Assembly: GCF_035084215.1 (NCBI RefSeq)
Contig: NC_090338.1
Coordinates: 8,122,001 to 8,186,000, forward strand
DNA length: 64,000 nt
From: Heptranchias perlo
Lineage: Eukaryota
Direction of reading: 5' to 3'
Shown here: positions 1 to 12,451 of the stretch, piece after piece
Position numbering within the stretch: the first letter of the stretch is position 1
How the letters are laid out: each line of letters opens with the position of its first letter
Notes under the pieces: generated by a model
Told to the model about the DNA's origin: nothing
The model's database searches: none
Seen by the model: the letters and a program-made list of their open reading frames with translations, nothing else
Position numbers and translations under genes: made by a program

Positions 1-126
1 TCTTTTGCATAATACCTTAAATCTTTCTCCCCTGATTACTGACCATTATTCCAATGGGAAGAGTTTCTCCCTATTCACTCTATCAAAATCCTTCATGATT
101 TTGAACACCTCCATCAAGACTTCACT
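1..126 (-). mobile_element. CR1-clade LINE ORF2 3' fragment (runs off window start)
   Basis: Reverse complement matches the CR1 C-terminal 'IEVFKIMKDFDRVNREKLFP' coding segment; 62-111 is the exact reverse complement of 196-245. Confidence 0.75.
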
Positions 127-527
127 TACGTGGAGAGACTGGAGGAACTAGGGTTGTTCTGCTTAGATCGGGGAAGGCAAAGGGGAGATTTGATAGAGGT
201 GTTCAAAATCATGAAGGATTTTGATAGAGTGAATAGGGAGAAACTGTTTCCACTGACAGAAGTATCGGTAACCAGAGGACACAGATTTAAGGTAATTTGC
301 AAAAGAATCAGAGGCGACATGAAGAAAAAAAATGTTATGATCTGGAATTTATTGCCTGAAAGGATGGTAGAATCAGACTCAGTAATAACTTTCAAATGGG
401 ATTTGGATAAATACTTGATGGGGAAAGAGCAGGGGTGTGGAACTATTTGGATAGCTCTTTCAAAGAGCTGGCACAGGCACGATGGGCCGAATGGCCCCCT
501 TCTGTGCTGCATCATTCTATGATTCCA
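127..527 (+). mobile_element. CR1-clade LINE 3' end fragment
   Basis: ORF 130-522 reads ERLEELGLFCL..RGDLIEVFKIMK..TRGHRFKV..WNLLPE, the typical CR1 ORF2 C-terminus. It is followed by a 3' UTR ending ATTCTATGATTC. Confidence 0.85.
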
Positions 528-738
528 TAAAAATCCTGGGTTTAGAATTGATATTTTTGCATGTAGATGTGACTCAATGAGTTGAATTTGGTCTGTGCAG
601 TCTGAGCATGTGTAGTGTGACTAATTTCTGAGGTTGCCTCAGTACCGCTCAATCCTGTATACTGATGGATATCCTAGCAATTTCAACTGAAAAGTTTTTC
701 ATATTTAGATTGGATATTTTTATTCAAAAAACAAAGCG

Positions 739-749
739 CTGTGTGTGTT

Positions 750-780
<31 letters not shown>
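739..780. repeat. (GT)n(GA)n compound microsatellite
   Basis: Read directly: gtgtgtgtttgtgtgtgtgtgtgtgtgagagagagagaga. Confidence 0.9.
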
Positions 781-1394
781 TAGACACAGAGATACATGTC
801 CAGGAAGCAATCATCAAAGACAAAGTTCAGAATTCCGTTAGAATGTTAGAAAGCAATGCTGCTAGACTGGGGAATTAGCCCCCTCCTCCCCTATGCATAC
901 GATGACCTTCCCTTCTTCACTTCTGACAAATGCCAGGAAACTACCACTGAGCAAAACCTCACGTTCAACCCATAGTTTTATGTATATATTCCACAACTCC
1001 ATCTACCACGTACAATCATGACGGCAGTTGAACAACCGTGCCACTAGATAGAGCTACATAAACTTCAGAAGTTTTGGATCCTCATACCTATGCCTACAAT
1101 ATCACTATTTCACTCTGAGGGAAGATTGTTTTGCCCTGACTTACCCTGGCCAAAACAACTGGAGATCCACTATTAAATTAAAATAATTGAACAAACAAGT
1201 CATATTGAACGCGGCTCTTCTACAGACCCACACTGGGCTCTGATCCCCATTAGTACTGCAGCTTTGCAGATAGCTTGGCAAGTACATCAAATTAATAGTG
1301 TAAAGGCACACTCAATCGCACCCGTCTTTTAGAAACTTCGTACCACCTCCCAGTTCAAGGAAAAACTTGGAAACAAAAATGTACTTTAAATGTT

Positions 1395-2700
1395 TGTATC
1401 TCTCTGGTCAAGTTTCCACCCATAAGAGAACTAAGAAGTCCCTAACCAATCTCACAAATTACATGCTTTGTGATTGTGACCGTGGTGCCTTATCCCTTCT
1501 CGTTCTCCACCTTCTCTCTGAAGCCTTTGACATGCGAGACCAGAAAATGCTCTCCCAACATCTCTGCTGTGTTGCCATACTCAGTATGACTTCCCTCGGT
1601 CGATTCCATTGTTACCTATCACGTGATATCTCGAGCATCTGCAACGCTGGCTTATCTGTCTGTACCCGCCTTGCTATCTCTTTTGGTCCACAAGGATCTA
1701 TCCTTTCCCGCTCCTCTTCCTCAACTACATGCTAATCCTTGGTGACATCATCCACAGAAATGGGGTCAGCTTCCACATAGTATGTTGTTAACAATCAGAT
1801 CTATTTGTCCACCACGACTCTCGACCACTCCACTGACTCTATGTTGCTGGATTGCTTGACGGACATTCTTTGGTGAGCTGCAATTTACTTCAGTTAAACT
1901 TTGGGAAAACCAAAGGCATCGACGGAAGGCCACTGCTACAAACTCGATACCCTTGCAATTAATTCCATCTCCCTCCTTGGCCATTGTCTCAGGCTGAACC
2001 AGACTTACACAACCTCAGCATCCCGTTCAACCCCGAGCTGAGCTTCAAATCCCACGTCTTCTCAGTCACAAATATTGTCTGCTTCCACATTCATAACTTC
2101 ACCCACTACTGCCCCTACCTTACCTCACCCGTTGATGAAACCCATCCATGATTTACCACCTCCAGAATCATCTATTCCAATACTCTCCTGGACGGTCTCC
2201 CTTCCTCCACCCCCCATAAAAGTTAGCTCATCTAAATCTATGCTGCCCACATCCTATCCGAAGTCCAACTCACCATGACGTCGTTTTCGGTGATCTCCAT
2301 TGACTCCTGCTCCCCCAAAGCCTCAAATTTAAAATTCTCATTCTTATGTTCAAATTTCTTCATGGCCTTCCTCTTCCCTATTTCTGCACCATTCTTCACT
2401 CTTATAATCCGCGTCCTATAATATGCGTTCTTCCGACTCTGGCCTCTATTGCGGACCCCTCCCTTCGCCCCTCCCCCACCACCATTGGCGGCTTTGCATT
2501 CAGCCACTCAGGCCCAATATTCCTAAATTACATCACGGTGTCCCTCTGCCTCTGATCCTCCAACATCCTCGTTAAAACCTGCCTTTTTGACCAAAGCTTT
2601 GGTCACACCTTCTAATAGCCTCGAGCTCAGCGACCATTTTCTTCTGATTATGCTCGCGGACGTTTCGCGTTAAAAACACCTAATAAGTGCAAGGTTTTGT
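1395..2700 (+). mobile_element. Highly decayed L2-clade LINE (RT to 3' end)
   Basis: Translated remnants LSLLVLHLLSEAFDM (L2 'LLVLLDLSAAFDT'), GPQGSIL and FKILILMFKFLHG, plus an L2-like tail. Boundaries are approximate. Confidence 0.7.
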
Positions 2701-4384
2701 TCTGCTTTCCTATTCGCCAGGACAGTTTAGTAATATAAATAACCACACCAAGCTTTGATTTTCAACAGTTATGTCTGCGACTCCATTGTAAATATAAGTG
2801 TAACTACCCGTGCTTATGATCGTAGTATCATACTTTGCGTTCTCTTGACAAACTCATAGATTACAGATCCCAGTTCAAGTGCGCAGCATACGCATTCAGA
2901 CATTGAACGTCAACGTGACCTTGATAATAATAATTTGATCAGTGTTGTCAAATAACAGGACATCTCTGTATTCGACGTTTCAATGGACATTACACAGCGA
3001 AAGTGATTGAAAGCAAAAGCTGCTGGTATTGATGGTAATTATGGAGCCTCCGTGTGATGTTCAATAGGCCACCGCATATATACAAAGAGCTCTCAAATCT
3101 GTACCGCATTGTACGTGTATGTGTTGAATGCGTCAGATGGGGGGATTTCATTTGAGCACTAAGTGTTGTGAAATTGCGAATGCGTTTATGAAGAATGGGT
3201 TTACCACTAAACGCACATGGGAAATTTCCACTGTTGTTCATGATTTCAGCAAAAATATCAAAGAGGTATCTTCAAAATACATACTTCCTGAACATAAAAA
3301 GAATAAGAAAGGACAATCATTTCAGGGGAATTCTGATCTGGTTATGCAACCGTGAATAGAAGGTTACGTTTTTTTAAGCTAAATTTTCAATTTACAGTCT
3401 CGGGAAAGTTAAAGGTTTGACATGTTGTGAACATTGGTGGATACGGTCATAGCTAGAAGCCTGATCTGTGAACAGGAGAACGAATAGACACGTTATATAT
3501 AACTCAATGATATATTTTGATAATTCTGCTTGACATTCATCTATCCCTTTCAGACCATCCTGTACTGACTCTCCTATTATTGAAGGACGCAGCATTGAGG
3601 GTAGAACAGTCCGCGCTGCAGTTTTCTCTTCGATGACTCTGTAGTTCTGAATGAATCAACACACTTTCTCGTGTCTATAGTTGAGAATCAGATTATTGCC
3701 TCAACAATACACACAATCCTTCTTCACAGTTTCAGTCACAAAATCATAGCACTCACGGTAATTGTAGAAAAGCGAGGGCGAGGTGTAAAGGCATCGAGAG
3801 CAGTCGATTGCGCTGATATGGGTTGAAATGTAACTAACAAGTGACATTATTTTATCGAGTTGGTGGTAATTTAGCGACATTTCCTGTGGGTATTGGAAAT
3901 AACGAAAATACAGATGGAGCCAAAATAACTCCCTGGCTCTAAGCTTCGGACTTAGTCTCTCCTACAAGATGTAGGATCGGACGATTATAAACTTCTTAGC
4001 CTGAACATAAACCAGTCAAGTTCACTTGCTAAAGACGCACGATGCTAACCTGTTATTATCTGACTGGAAGACTGTCATTCTGCCAATGGAACAAGCATGC
4101 TATCTAGTTATGTGACGTTTTCATCGACTGAAAATCGCCCTGTTCTTTTATATTTTGCATTTGCTGCACTTGTTATGAATATAAAATACAATCACATTTT
4201 TCTAATATTTAATTTCGTGCAAAATAATTGTGTGGAAAGTGTGCCTGTTATGTACGAATTAAAGCAAAATAAAAAACCTCTTAGAAAATTCAAATGTTAG
4301 CTAGATTTATCTTCGCAGAATATGTATTGAACGGCTTGTGGTACAAATGCACTAACTTCTCATAAATATTGCCAAATTAATTCA

Positions 4385-4565
4385 TGTAAGGAGTCTTACA
4401 ACACCAGGTTATAGTCCAACAGCTTTATTTGAAATCACAAGCTTTCGGCGCTTTCCTCGAAAGCTCCGAAAGCTTGTGATTTCAAATAAAGCTATTGGAC
4501 TATAACCTGGTGTTGTGCGACTCCTTACATTTGTCCACCCCAGTCCATCACCGGCATCTCCACAA
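4385..4565. mobile_element. Penelope-like terminal-repeat remnant forming a 147-nt palindrome (4384-4530), with 12-bp target-site duplication
   Basis: 72-bp arms with 4 mismatches and a 3-nt loop (CTC 4456-4458). Flanked by CAAATTAATTCA (4373-4384) and CAAATTTATTCA (4566-4577). The empty site is seen in paralogous promoters (e.g. ~25007-25018). Family call is from recognition of ..CCGAAAGCTTGTGATTTCAAATAAA..TTGGACTATAACCTGGTGTTG. Confidence 0.7.
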
Positions 4566-4947
4566 CAAATTTATTCAGACCTTGCATGGCGGTGCCAATT
4601 GGTGGGAAGTTTGCTCACCTATGACAGGATGCTATCACGGGTAATCTATAGATTGTTACAGGTAAACTTTAATTTCCACTGATAATATTAAGTAGGAGGA
4701 TACATGCATGACTATCAGAACATGGCGACGAGCCATCGGCGACTATTGATGACGTGGAAGATGACGCGAGGAATCGCAGAATTTCGGTTGCATATGGTAT
4801 ATTGTATGGCTTTTAAAAATAAGACTACTGAATCAAATCTTTTATACGTGCATGTCTGGATACTTTCAATTGTACACTCGTCAATATAACGTTCGGTACA
4901 TTAAAAAGAATTTCGAAACAGTTTAGCTTTTAGAATAGATGCTGCAG

Positions 4948-4986
4948 TTATTGGTTGAGTCTGTTTGTGTCGCTGTCTACCAATAA
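4948..4986 (+). promoter_or_regulatory. cPcdh promoter conserved sequence element (CGCT box, 4971-4974) of A1
   Basis: TTATTGGT..GTGTCGCTGTCTACCAATAA lies ~260 bp upstream of the ATG. The same motif precedes every Pcdh here and matches the CGCT-core CSE described for vertebrate clustered protocadherins. Confidence 0.8.
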
Positions 4987-5233
4987 GGAGCTGAGACGCT
5001 GCGAGAGATCGACCCCTTTCTCTGGCAGGAAAACACAGAACAGAATCGAAAAGACAGACGTTTAAGCTGTGCGGCCATGTTCAGAGAAGATAACCAGGTT
5101 GAGTCTTTGAATTTCTCGGTTCAATACGAGTATATAGGTATGTAAACATCTAATTGTTGTGGCATAAGAGACTGGTTAATATAATCGATTGGCAGATATT
5201 TCGATATTTTGCAACAAAATCCAGCCCAGAACA

Positions 5234-7606
5234 ATGGCGAATACACTCAGCAGCGGGGCGTATTTCATTTTCCTGCTCTGTTTGTCGGACGTGGTTTCGG
5301 GAGAGATTCGCTACTCGATTCCCGAGGAACTGGATCATGGAGCCTTTGTTGGGAATATCGCTGAGGATTTAAGGCTAAACTTTTGGGAATTATGGACTCG
5401 CAAGTTTCGGCTGGTCTCCGATGACAGGAAGCAATACATGGAGGTAAATCTGGAGAATGGGATTTTATTTGTTAATGAAAGAATCGACAGAGAACAAATT
5501 TGTAGACAAAGTTCTACCTGTTCCCTTTCTTTTCAAGTTGCGCTTGACAATCCTTTGGAAATACATCCTGTTGAAGTGGAAATATTAGATGTAAGTGATA
5601 ATTCACCCAATTTTCCGAACAGTGAATTCTCCCTACAGATCGGAGAGGTAATTGCGCCAGGGGCGCACTTCCCTGTTGAGAGCGCGCACGATCCAGACGT
5701 GGGTATAAACACAATCAGCACTTATCAAATCAGCCCAAATGAGCACTTCGGCATTAAAGTGCAAACAAGAATTGATGGGAGTAAAAGTGCCGAGCTGTTA
5801 TTGGAGAAGTCCTTGGACCGTGAACAACAGTCAACCTTTAACCTTGTACTGACGGCCATTGACGGCGGCATTCCTCTTAGATCAGGCACAACACGGATTA
5901 AGGTCACTGTCGTGGACGCGAATGATAACGCACCAGTGTTCGATCATGACATCTACAGAGCGAGTGTAACTGAAAACATCCCCAAAGGTACCTTGGTGAC
6001 AACAATTCACACTGTTGATTTAGATGAAGGTACGAACGCTGAACTGACGTATTCTTTCACAAGCCACGTTTCCCAAAGGATTCGCGAGTTGTACAAATTG
6101 GACCCGGAAACTGGAGAGATTAAAGTTCAAGGTGTACTGGGTTTTGAAGAATCAAGATTTTATGAACTTGATGTACAAGCTGTGGACAGTGGTCCACCTG
6201 GATTGGCAGGGCACGCCAAAGTTATGGTCGGATTAATAGACACGAATGATAACTCCCCTGAGTTAGAGGTGACCTTGGTATCTAGTGCGGTGCGGGAAGA
6301 TGTTCTCCCAGGGACAGTGATAGCCGTGATTCTGGCGATTATGGACACGTACAATGTCAGGTTCCAATGGAACTTCGTTTAAGCTCCAAAAATATTTGAG
6401 GAACAATTATAATTTGGTTACCAATCATATTTACGTTCGTGAAACCGTCTTGATTTACAACATCTCTATTTCAACCTGGGACGGTGGGTCTCCCCCTCTT
6501 TCAACAAATAAAACCGTCTTAGTTTCGGTAGCTGATATAAATGACAATGCACCGAGGTTTACGTATTCTTCATATAATGTGTATCTGATGGAGAACAACA
6601 CTCCAGGTGCGTCCATATTTGCTGTTACCGCTTTAGACCCTGATATGGATCAGAATGGGGAAGTCTCCTATTCCATTCTGGAGAATCAGATGCAAGAAAT
6701 GTCTGTGTCTGCTTACGTCACTATTAACTCAAGAAATGGGAACATTTACGTGCTGCTCTCCTTTGACTATGAGCAACTGAAACATTTCAAGATAAAAGTT
6801 TAAGCCCAGGATGCTGGATCTCCCCCACTGAGCAGCACTGCTATCGTGAATGTTATTATTTTGGACCAAAATGACAATGTTCTGGTTATTGTTTCACCTT
6901 TAACGTGGAACAGTTCAACATTAGTGGAGATTGCACCGCTGTCCGTATATCCAGGATACTTAGTCACAAAGGTAATTGCGACTGATGCCGATTCCGGTCA
7001 GAACGCACGACTTTCTTATCACCTGTTGGAAGCCACTGATCCCAATCTGTTTAATGTGGGGCTTCTCTCTGGGGAAATCAGAGCAATGCGAAGTGTTAGG
7101 GACCGAGACATCACCGCTGAAGGACTGGTCCTCTGTGTGAAGGACAATGGACAACCAAGCTTGTCCACTACGGCCACAATCTCATTTTCAATCTTGTCCA
7201 ATGTTACTGAAAAATCTTCTGAACGAACGGACAAACCCGACCGTCGGAGAATGTTTCGCCACTAAATCGTTATTTAATCATCATTTTAGGATCAACTTCC
7301 TTTTCGTTTCTTGTAACCATCATTTTTCTGGTCGTCCTGAAGTTTAAACAAGGCAGAAATATTGCTGAAGACTACAGCTCTACGGTTTGTTGTTACAGGC
7401 GGAGGAATTGGAATGATGCCTTTAATATGAGACCTGCACTAAACGAACTATTAAATTATACCGGGCCTGTTCAGACTGAAGGTTATCGTTATACCGTGTG
7501 TTTATCTCCACAATCATCTAAGAGCGATTTCCTGTTTCTGAAGCCCTGTCATCCTACCTTGCCTTTCAATGATTTGGGTGTCCGGGACACCAACGCAAGA
7601 AAATAA
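5234..7606 (+). pseudogene. Clustered protocadherin pseudogene A1 (full length, disrupted)
   Basis: Has signal peptide, RYSIPEE, EC1 C-X5-C, DxNDN/LDRE motifs, TM and tail. Lesions versus B1: 19-bp deletion ~6330, 1-bp deletion ~6376, CAA>TAA at 6801-6803, 1-bp deletion ~7239. Ca-binding motifs are decayed (DVSDN, LGFEE, YVRE). Confidence 0.95.
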
Positions 7607-8807
7607 TTTATAAGCAATTTCTATGCTGGGAATGGCAGCATTCAACTTTGTTGAAGAGCTATCTGTTATGCGATGAATTCTCGGTAATTTTTTTGTACAC
7701 GGCTAAACCCTCAAATCCATAGTAGAAAGGCCGACAGGCTGAATTGCCAACTATTGTTCCTATTATTCTGCGTGTCAGTGATGCTGAATATACCTGCCGC
7801 CTTTGTGACAGCCCTGAGAATGCTAGCATGAAAACTGGCTTTTTGCTCGTTTCAATTTATATTTTGATGGAATACATATCAGCGTGTTCTTCTCTCATTT
7901 CTCTCTCAGCCACTGTGTTGGTGTTTTATCGCATGTTTATGAAACTAGTTATTATCAAAAGGCATAATTTCAGAGCCTATTACCTTTTCATCGCTGATTG
8001 TAATGTCTCACAGAACTAAAAGCTTTCTTTCAGAAGCCACGCTAAATTAAAATCCTTGGTTTTACCCTTGCGTGTAATCAGAACGTTGACGTTTTTCAGC
8101 AAACTCTTAAAATGTTGCATTTAATCCGCAAATAATACATAGCAATTCAATTGAATTTTTCGAAGTCAGATAATTTCTCAGATTTGCTTCTGATGTAACG
8201 CAATACACTGAGTTGTTGGTGAAGTAGCCTATTTTATAATAAATTGTTTACCCGGGACGCTCAGAAAACGAAATAAGTACCTGCAGTATCTGTCACTGTG
8301 GGGGAGGTGGCGGGATCGATATTCTCAATGCTAAAGATGTCACACTTTATTGTCACAGCTTGTGTCACGCACTGCAGCTGCTGTTTTATAATGATAGTAT
8401 ACGACCTTGTGATTGTACAATCCAGCCACCGGGTTCATACACATAATTCAAGGTGCTTTCTGAAATTTTCGAGTGCCATTTTGTTTCCTCAGTAACGAAC
8501 ATTTCTCATGTTCAAAATAAGGAGTTAAACAAAATAAATAAAATTAAAATATTACGCATTTGGCAAATAATGTGGTTAAATTTATCAAGTTAATTGTCAT
8601 TTTGAGATCTAATTTAAGTTTCACTTGAAAAACACACCTCGTTCAAATGCTTGGGTTAGGACTTGATATTTTGTCACATAGCTGTGACTCTGTGAGCTGG
8701 ATTAGTTTGTCCAATCTGAACATGTTCACTGTGATTAACTTCTGAGGATTCATCAGTAATGTTCAGTAATTTGTACTGATGGAATATTCTAGCAATTTCT
8801 ACACAAC

Positions 8808-8977
8808 ATCCTTCATCGTCGCTGGGTCAAAATCCTGGAACTCCTCACCTAACAGCACGGACTGCAGCGGTTCAAGAAGGCGGCTCACCAGCACCTTCTC
8901 AAGGGCAATTAGGGATGGGCAATAAATGCTGGCCTTGCCAGCGATGCCCACATCCCATGAACGAATTTTTAAAAAAA
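8808..8977 (+). mobile_element. 3' terminal fragment of LINE family B
   Basis: Matches the 3' end of the copies at 18545-19971 and 26425-28116 (GCTGGGTCAAAATCCTGGAACTCC..GCCCACATCCCATGAACGAAT + A-rich tail). Confidence 0.85.
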
Positions 8978-9429
8978 CGGTTTGCATTTTTTCTAAGGAA
9001 AATTTCGTCAATAAATTTCAAATCTTTATTCAGGTAAAATTTATATTGGATATTATTTTTAACTATGTATGTGTAAACATCAGTGAGGAAAAATAATACT
9101 GATTACACACCTATTGCAGATTTTGTTTTACGTTCTCTTTGTAGGTAAGCTCGTTTTTTCAAACAAATGAAGCCACCAGTCTCTTATTATGTGACCTGAT
9201 TATCACTATTGATGTTCACACTTATAAAATGTGAAAATTCTGCTGCCTAATAGCTGTCAGATATAGCCAAAGAAATGGAGAGTCACACACTGTCTTTAAC
9301 CATTTGATTTGTTTTTTGAATAATAACAAAACGAGTTGAATTTTAAAAGTTCGAATTATGATCTGCATTTTGTTGATACTAATTAGAATAACTACATGTT
9401 CATCTGTGAGAGATAGACACAGAGACAGG

Positions 9430-9705
9430 GAGGTGATTGGCAAAAGAACCAGAGGTGGCACAGGGAAACATTTGTTTACACAGCGAGTTGTTCTGATTTG
9501 AAACGCATTGCCTGAAAGGGTGTTGGAAGCAGATTCAATAGTAACTTTCAAAAGGAAATTGGATAAATGTTTGAAGGGAAATCATTTATAGGGCTATAGG
9601 AAAAGAGCTGGGGAATGGGACGTATCTGATAGCTCTTTCAAAGTGCTGGCACAGGTACAATGGGCCAAATGGTCTCCTCCTGTGCTCTACCATACCACCA
9701 TACTA
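9430..9705 (+). mobile_element. CR1-clade LINE 3' end fragment
   Basis: Codes ..FTQRVVLIxNALPERVLEADSIVTFKRKLDK, followed by a 3' UTR like 440-525. It interrupts the AGAGATAGACAC intergenic module. Confidence 0.8.
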
Positions 9706-10677
9706 TAATATGAAAGAGAGCGAGGAAGAGAGATAGACACAAAAATATATATCCAGGAATCAATCACAGAACACAAAGTTCAGTGTTGACAGTGAGACCG
9801 AAGAAAGTTATAAACCAGTACGGCTGGACATATGATTTCCCTGCCCTCAATGCATGCTCCACCTCTCCGCTCTCTCAATGTTGATAAAAAACAGCAAACC
9901 ACCAACGTGGCAAACTTCATATTCAATCCAAAGTAATGGCAAATAGGTTCTCTTTCCACAGTTCTAACAAACCGCATGTTTCCTTTCACAACGAAACTAC
10001 CTCCACCCAACCCCCCACACCCACCAGTGCTTCCAAACTCCAGCAGCCCCACTGCAGCTCCGTCAATTCCCCAGCGCTCCCAAATCCCAGTGCGACTAAA
10101 GCCAAGGACAGCTCCCGTTGTCTCAAAAGCACTCGAAGTGCAACTAAACCTCATTCTCCCACCTCTATACTGCTAAGTACAAGGTAGATGAAGTTTAACT
10201 TCAGTGGAGGCAAAAAATGGGCGGTGGAGGTTCGGCCGCCGAGTATTCTGACGCCATATTTTGCTTTCCATTGACTTCAATTGGTATCGAGTTTCAGAAA
10301 TCTGTCTATTAGATATATTAGGACCGCCCCCACTCAGACCCTTATTGACACATAAATATACATAGAGTTTTCTCAGAATAATTGACAGTTCTCGAAATCA
10401 ATCCCCAAAGCAGCAGTAAAAATACAGTAAAAAAATGGAATGTGAACTATTTGGTCAGTGACCCCGATGTTAATTCTTCGATGCCATAAACGGCCCCTAT
10501 TAACAAACTATTAGAACATCCTCTACGGCCTCTCGTATCATTGGAGGGCTGAGCATGGCGAGTGGTACAGTTTACTCTGCAGTTTCATTCACGATCATTC
10601 ACTATAATTCTGAATGATAGGATAGTCCACCTAATTAGTAGTCACTATGGCTCAGAATGAGATTTTTGCCTCAACTA

Positions 10678-11363
10678 TACCAGTGCTGAAGGACTTCAGT
10701 TACGCGGAGCGATTGGAGAAGCTGGGATTGTTCTCCATAGAGCACCGAAGGTTAAGGGGAGATTTGATAGAGGTGTTCAACATTATGAGGCGTTTTGATA
10801 AAGTAAGTAAGGGGAAGCTGTTTCCACTGGCAGGAGGGTCAGTAACCGGAGGACACCGATTTAAGACAATGGCTAAAGAACCTAGTAGAGATGAGGCGAT
10901 TTGCTGAGGCAGCGAGTTGTTATGATCTGGAATGCACTGCCCGGAAAGGGCGGTGGAAGCAGATTCAATAGTAACTTTCAAAAAGGAATTGCATATCTCT
11001 GTTCAAAATTATGAGGGATTTTGATGAAGTAAATAACGGGAAACAGTTTCCACTGGCAGAAGGGTCGGTAACCAGAGGACACAGATTTAGGACAATGGCG
11101 AAAGAACCAGGTGGAGATGAGGAGATTTGTTTCGGCAGCAAGTTGTTATGATCTGGAATGCACGGCCCGAAATGGTGGTGGAAGCAGATTCAATAGTAAC
11201 TTTCGAAAAGGAAATGGATAAATACTTGAAAAGGAAAAAAAAAACTTGCTGGTCTATGAGGAAAGAGTGGGAGAGTGTAATTTATTGATCATTCTTTCAA
11301 AGTGTGGACACAAGAATGAAAAGCTGAATGGCCTCCTTCTGTGCTGTATGAACCTATGATTCT
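10678..11363 (+). mobile_element. CR1 3' fragment with internal tandem duplication (second copy starts ~11002)
   Basis: IPVLKDFSYAERLEKLGLFS..RGDLIEVF. The GTTCAA(C/A)ATTATGAGG..AGTAACTTTC block occurs twice before the 3' UTR. Confidence 0.85.
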
Positions 11364-12412
11364 ACAAAGGTACTGGAAATTCATGGTAATCATCGCATAA
11401 AAATGAGGGTGTGAGTGCATCTACAGCAGTCAATTGCGCTGTTATAGGTTCAAATATAAGTAACAAATTACACTGTTTCATCGATTTGGTGGCAATTGAG
11501 CGACGCTTTGTTTTGGGTCTTGGAAATAATGAAAACCCAGTTGGAGCCAAAATAGCTCCCTGGCTCTAATTTTCGGAATCAGCCTTCTAAAAGATGTAGG
11601 AACGGAGTATTAAGAACTTCTCCGCCCGGACATAAAAAAATCATCCCCGTTCACTTGCTAAAGACGCACCATGTCTAAATTTAATGCAGAATACGATACT
11701 GACCTGTTATTATCTGACCTGAAGATTTCTATACTGCCAATGGAACCAACATACTTCCTAGTTATGTGACATTGCCCATTTACTGAAAACATGCCTTTTT
11801 TATTTTACATTAACTGCATTTGTTCAGAATGAAATATACAATCATATTTTGCGAATGTTTAATTTCATGCAAAACTAATTTTGAAGAAACGGAACATATT
11901 AATCATGAACTTAATTCAAATAAAAAAAGACAATTCGAAAACTTCAATATGAGCTAAAATCATCGTCTCAAAATAAATATTGGAAGGCTTTTCAAAATGA
12001 ATACTCTAAGTCCTTACAAGTATTACTAAATTGATTCAGACCTTGGATGGCGCTGCCCAACAGCAGGAGGTTTCCTCCCATGTGTCAGGATGCTCCTAAT
12101 GGTAATCTATAGATTGCATTCAGTAAACTACTGAGTAATAATAAATCGGAGGATATATGTACGCTATCAGGATCACAAGTGGATTTGAATTATCAACGAC
12201 TATTGATGATGTGGACGGTGTTATTCCTTTTGACGAGGAATCTGAGGATTTCAGCTGCTACAGTATATTACACCGATTTTAGAAATAAGACAGCAAAATA
12301 AACTACAATATTACATGAGCTGTTGAGGGGATTTTAATTGCTCCTTAACATTCCGTTTCTTTATATTACAAATAATTTCGAAACAGTATAGCTTTAAGAA
12401 CAGTTGCTGTAG

Positions 12413-12451
12413 TTATTGGTTGAGGCTCTTCGTGTCGCTGTCTACCAATAA
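12413..12451 (+). promoter_or_regulatory. cPcdh promoter CSE (CGCT 12436-12439) of B1
   Basis: TTATTGGTTGAGGCTCTTCGTGTCGCTGTCTACCAATAA lies ~270 bp upstream of the ATG. Confidence 0.82.

Larger units (their letters stand above)
533..5442 (+). repeat. Older, more diverged copy of the slot-A upstream region (paralogous to 20401-25873, 38930-44234, 57410-64000)
   Basis: Colinear similarity from CCTGG(G/A)TTTAGAATT at 533/20401 through the L2 remnant, promoter and Pcdh 5' end. It lacks the CR1 insert at 20932-21242 that the three young units share. Confidence 0.85.

Noticed and set aside
4384-4530. Hairpin as a pre-miRNA or functional hammerhead ribozyme
   Set aside because: The TSD and empty paralogous sites show a mobile-element insertion, and the CUGANGA catalytic box is absent on both strands.
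5653-5668. TGCGCCAGGGGCGC as an exonic CTCF site like Pcdh-alpha eCBS
   Set aside because: One base short of the CTCF core spacing and changed to CCAGGAGCGCG in the B genes; explained by APGA codons.
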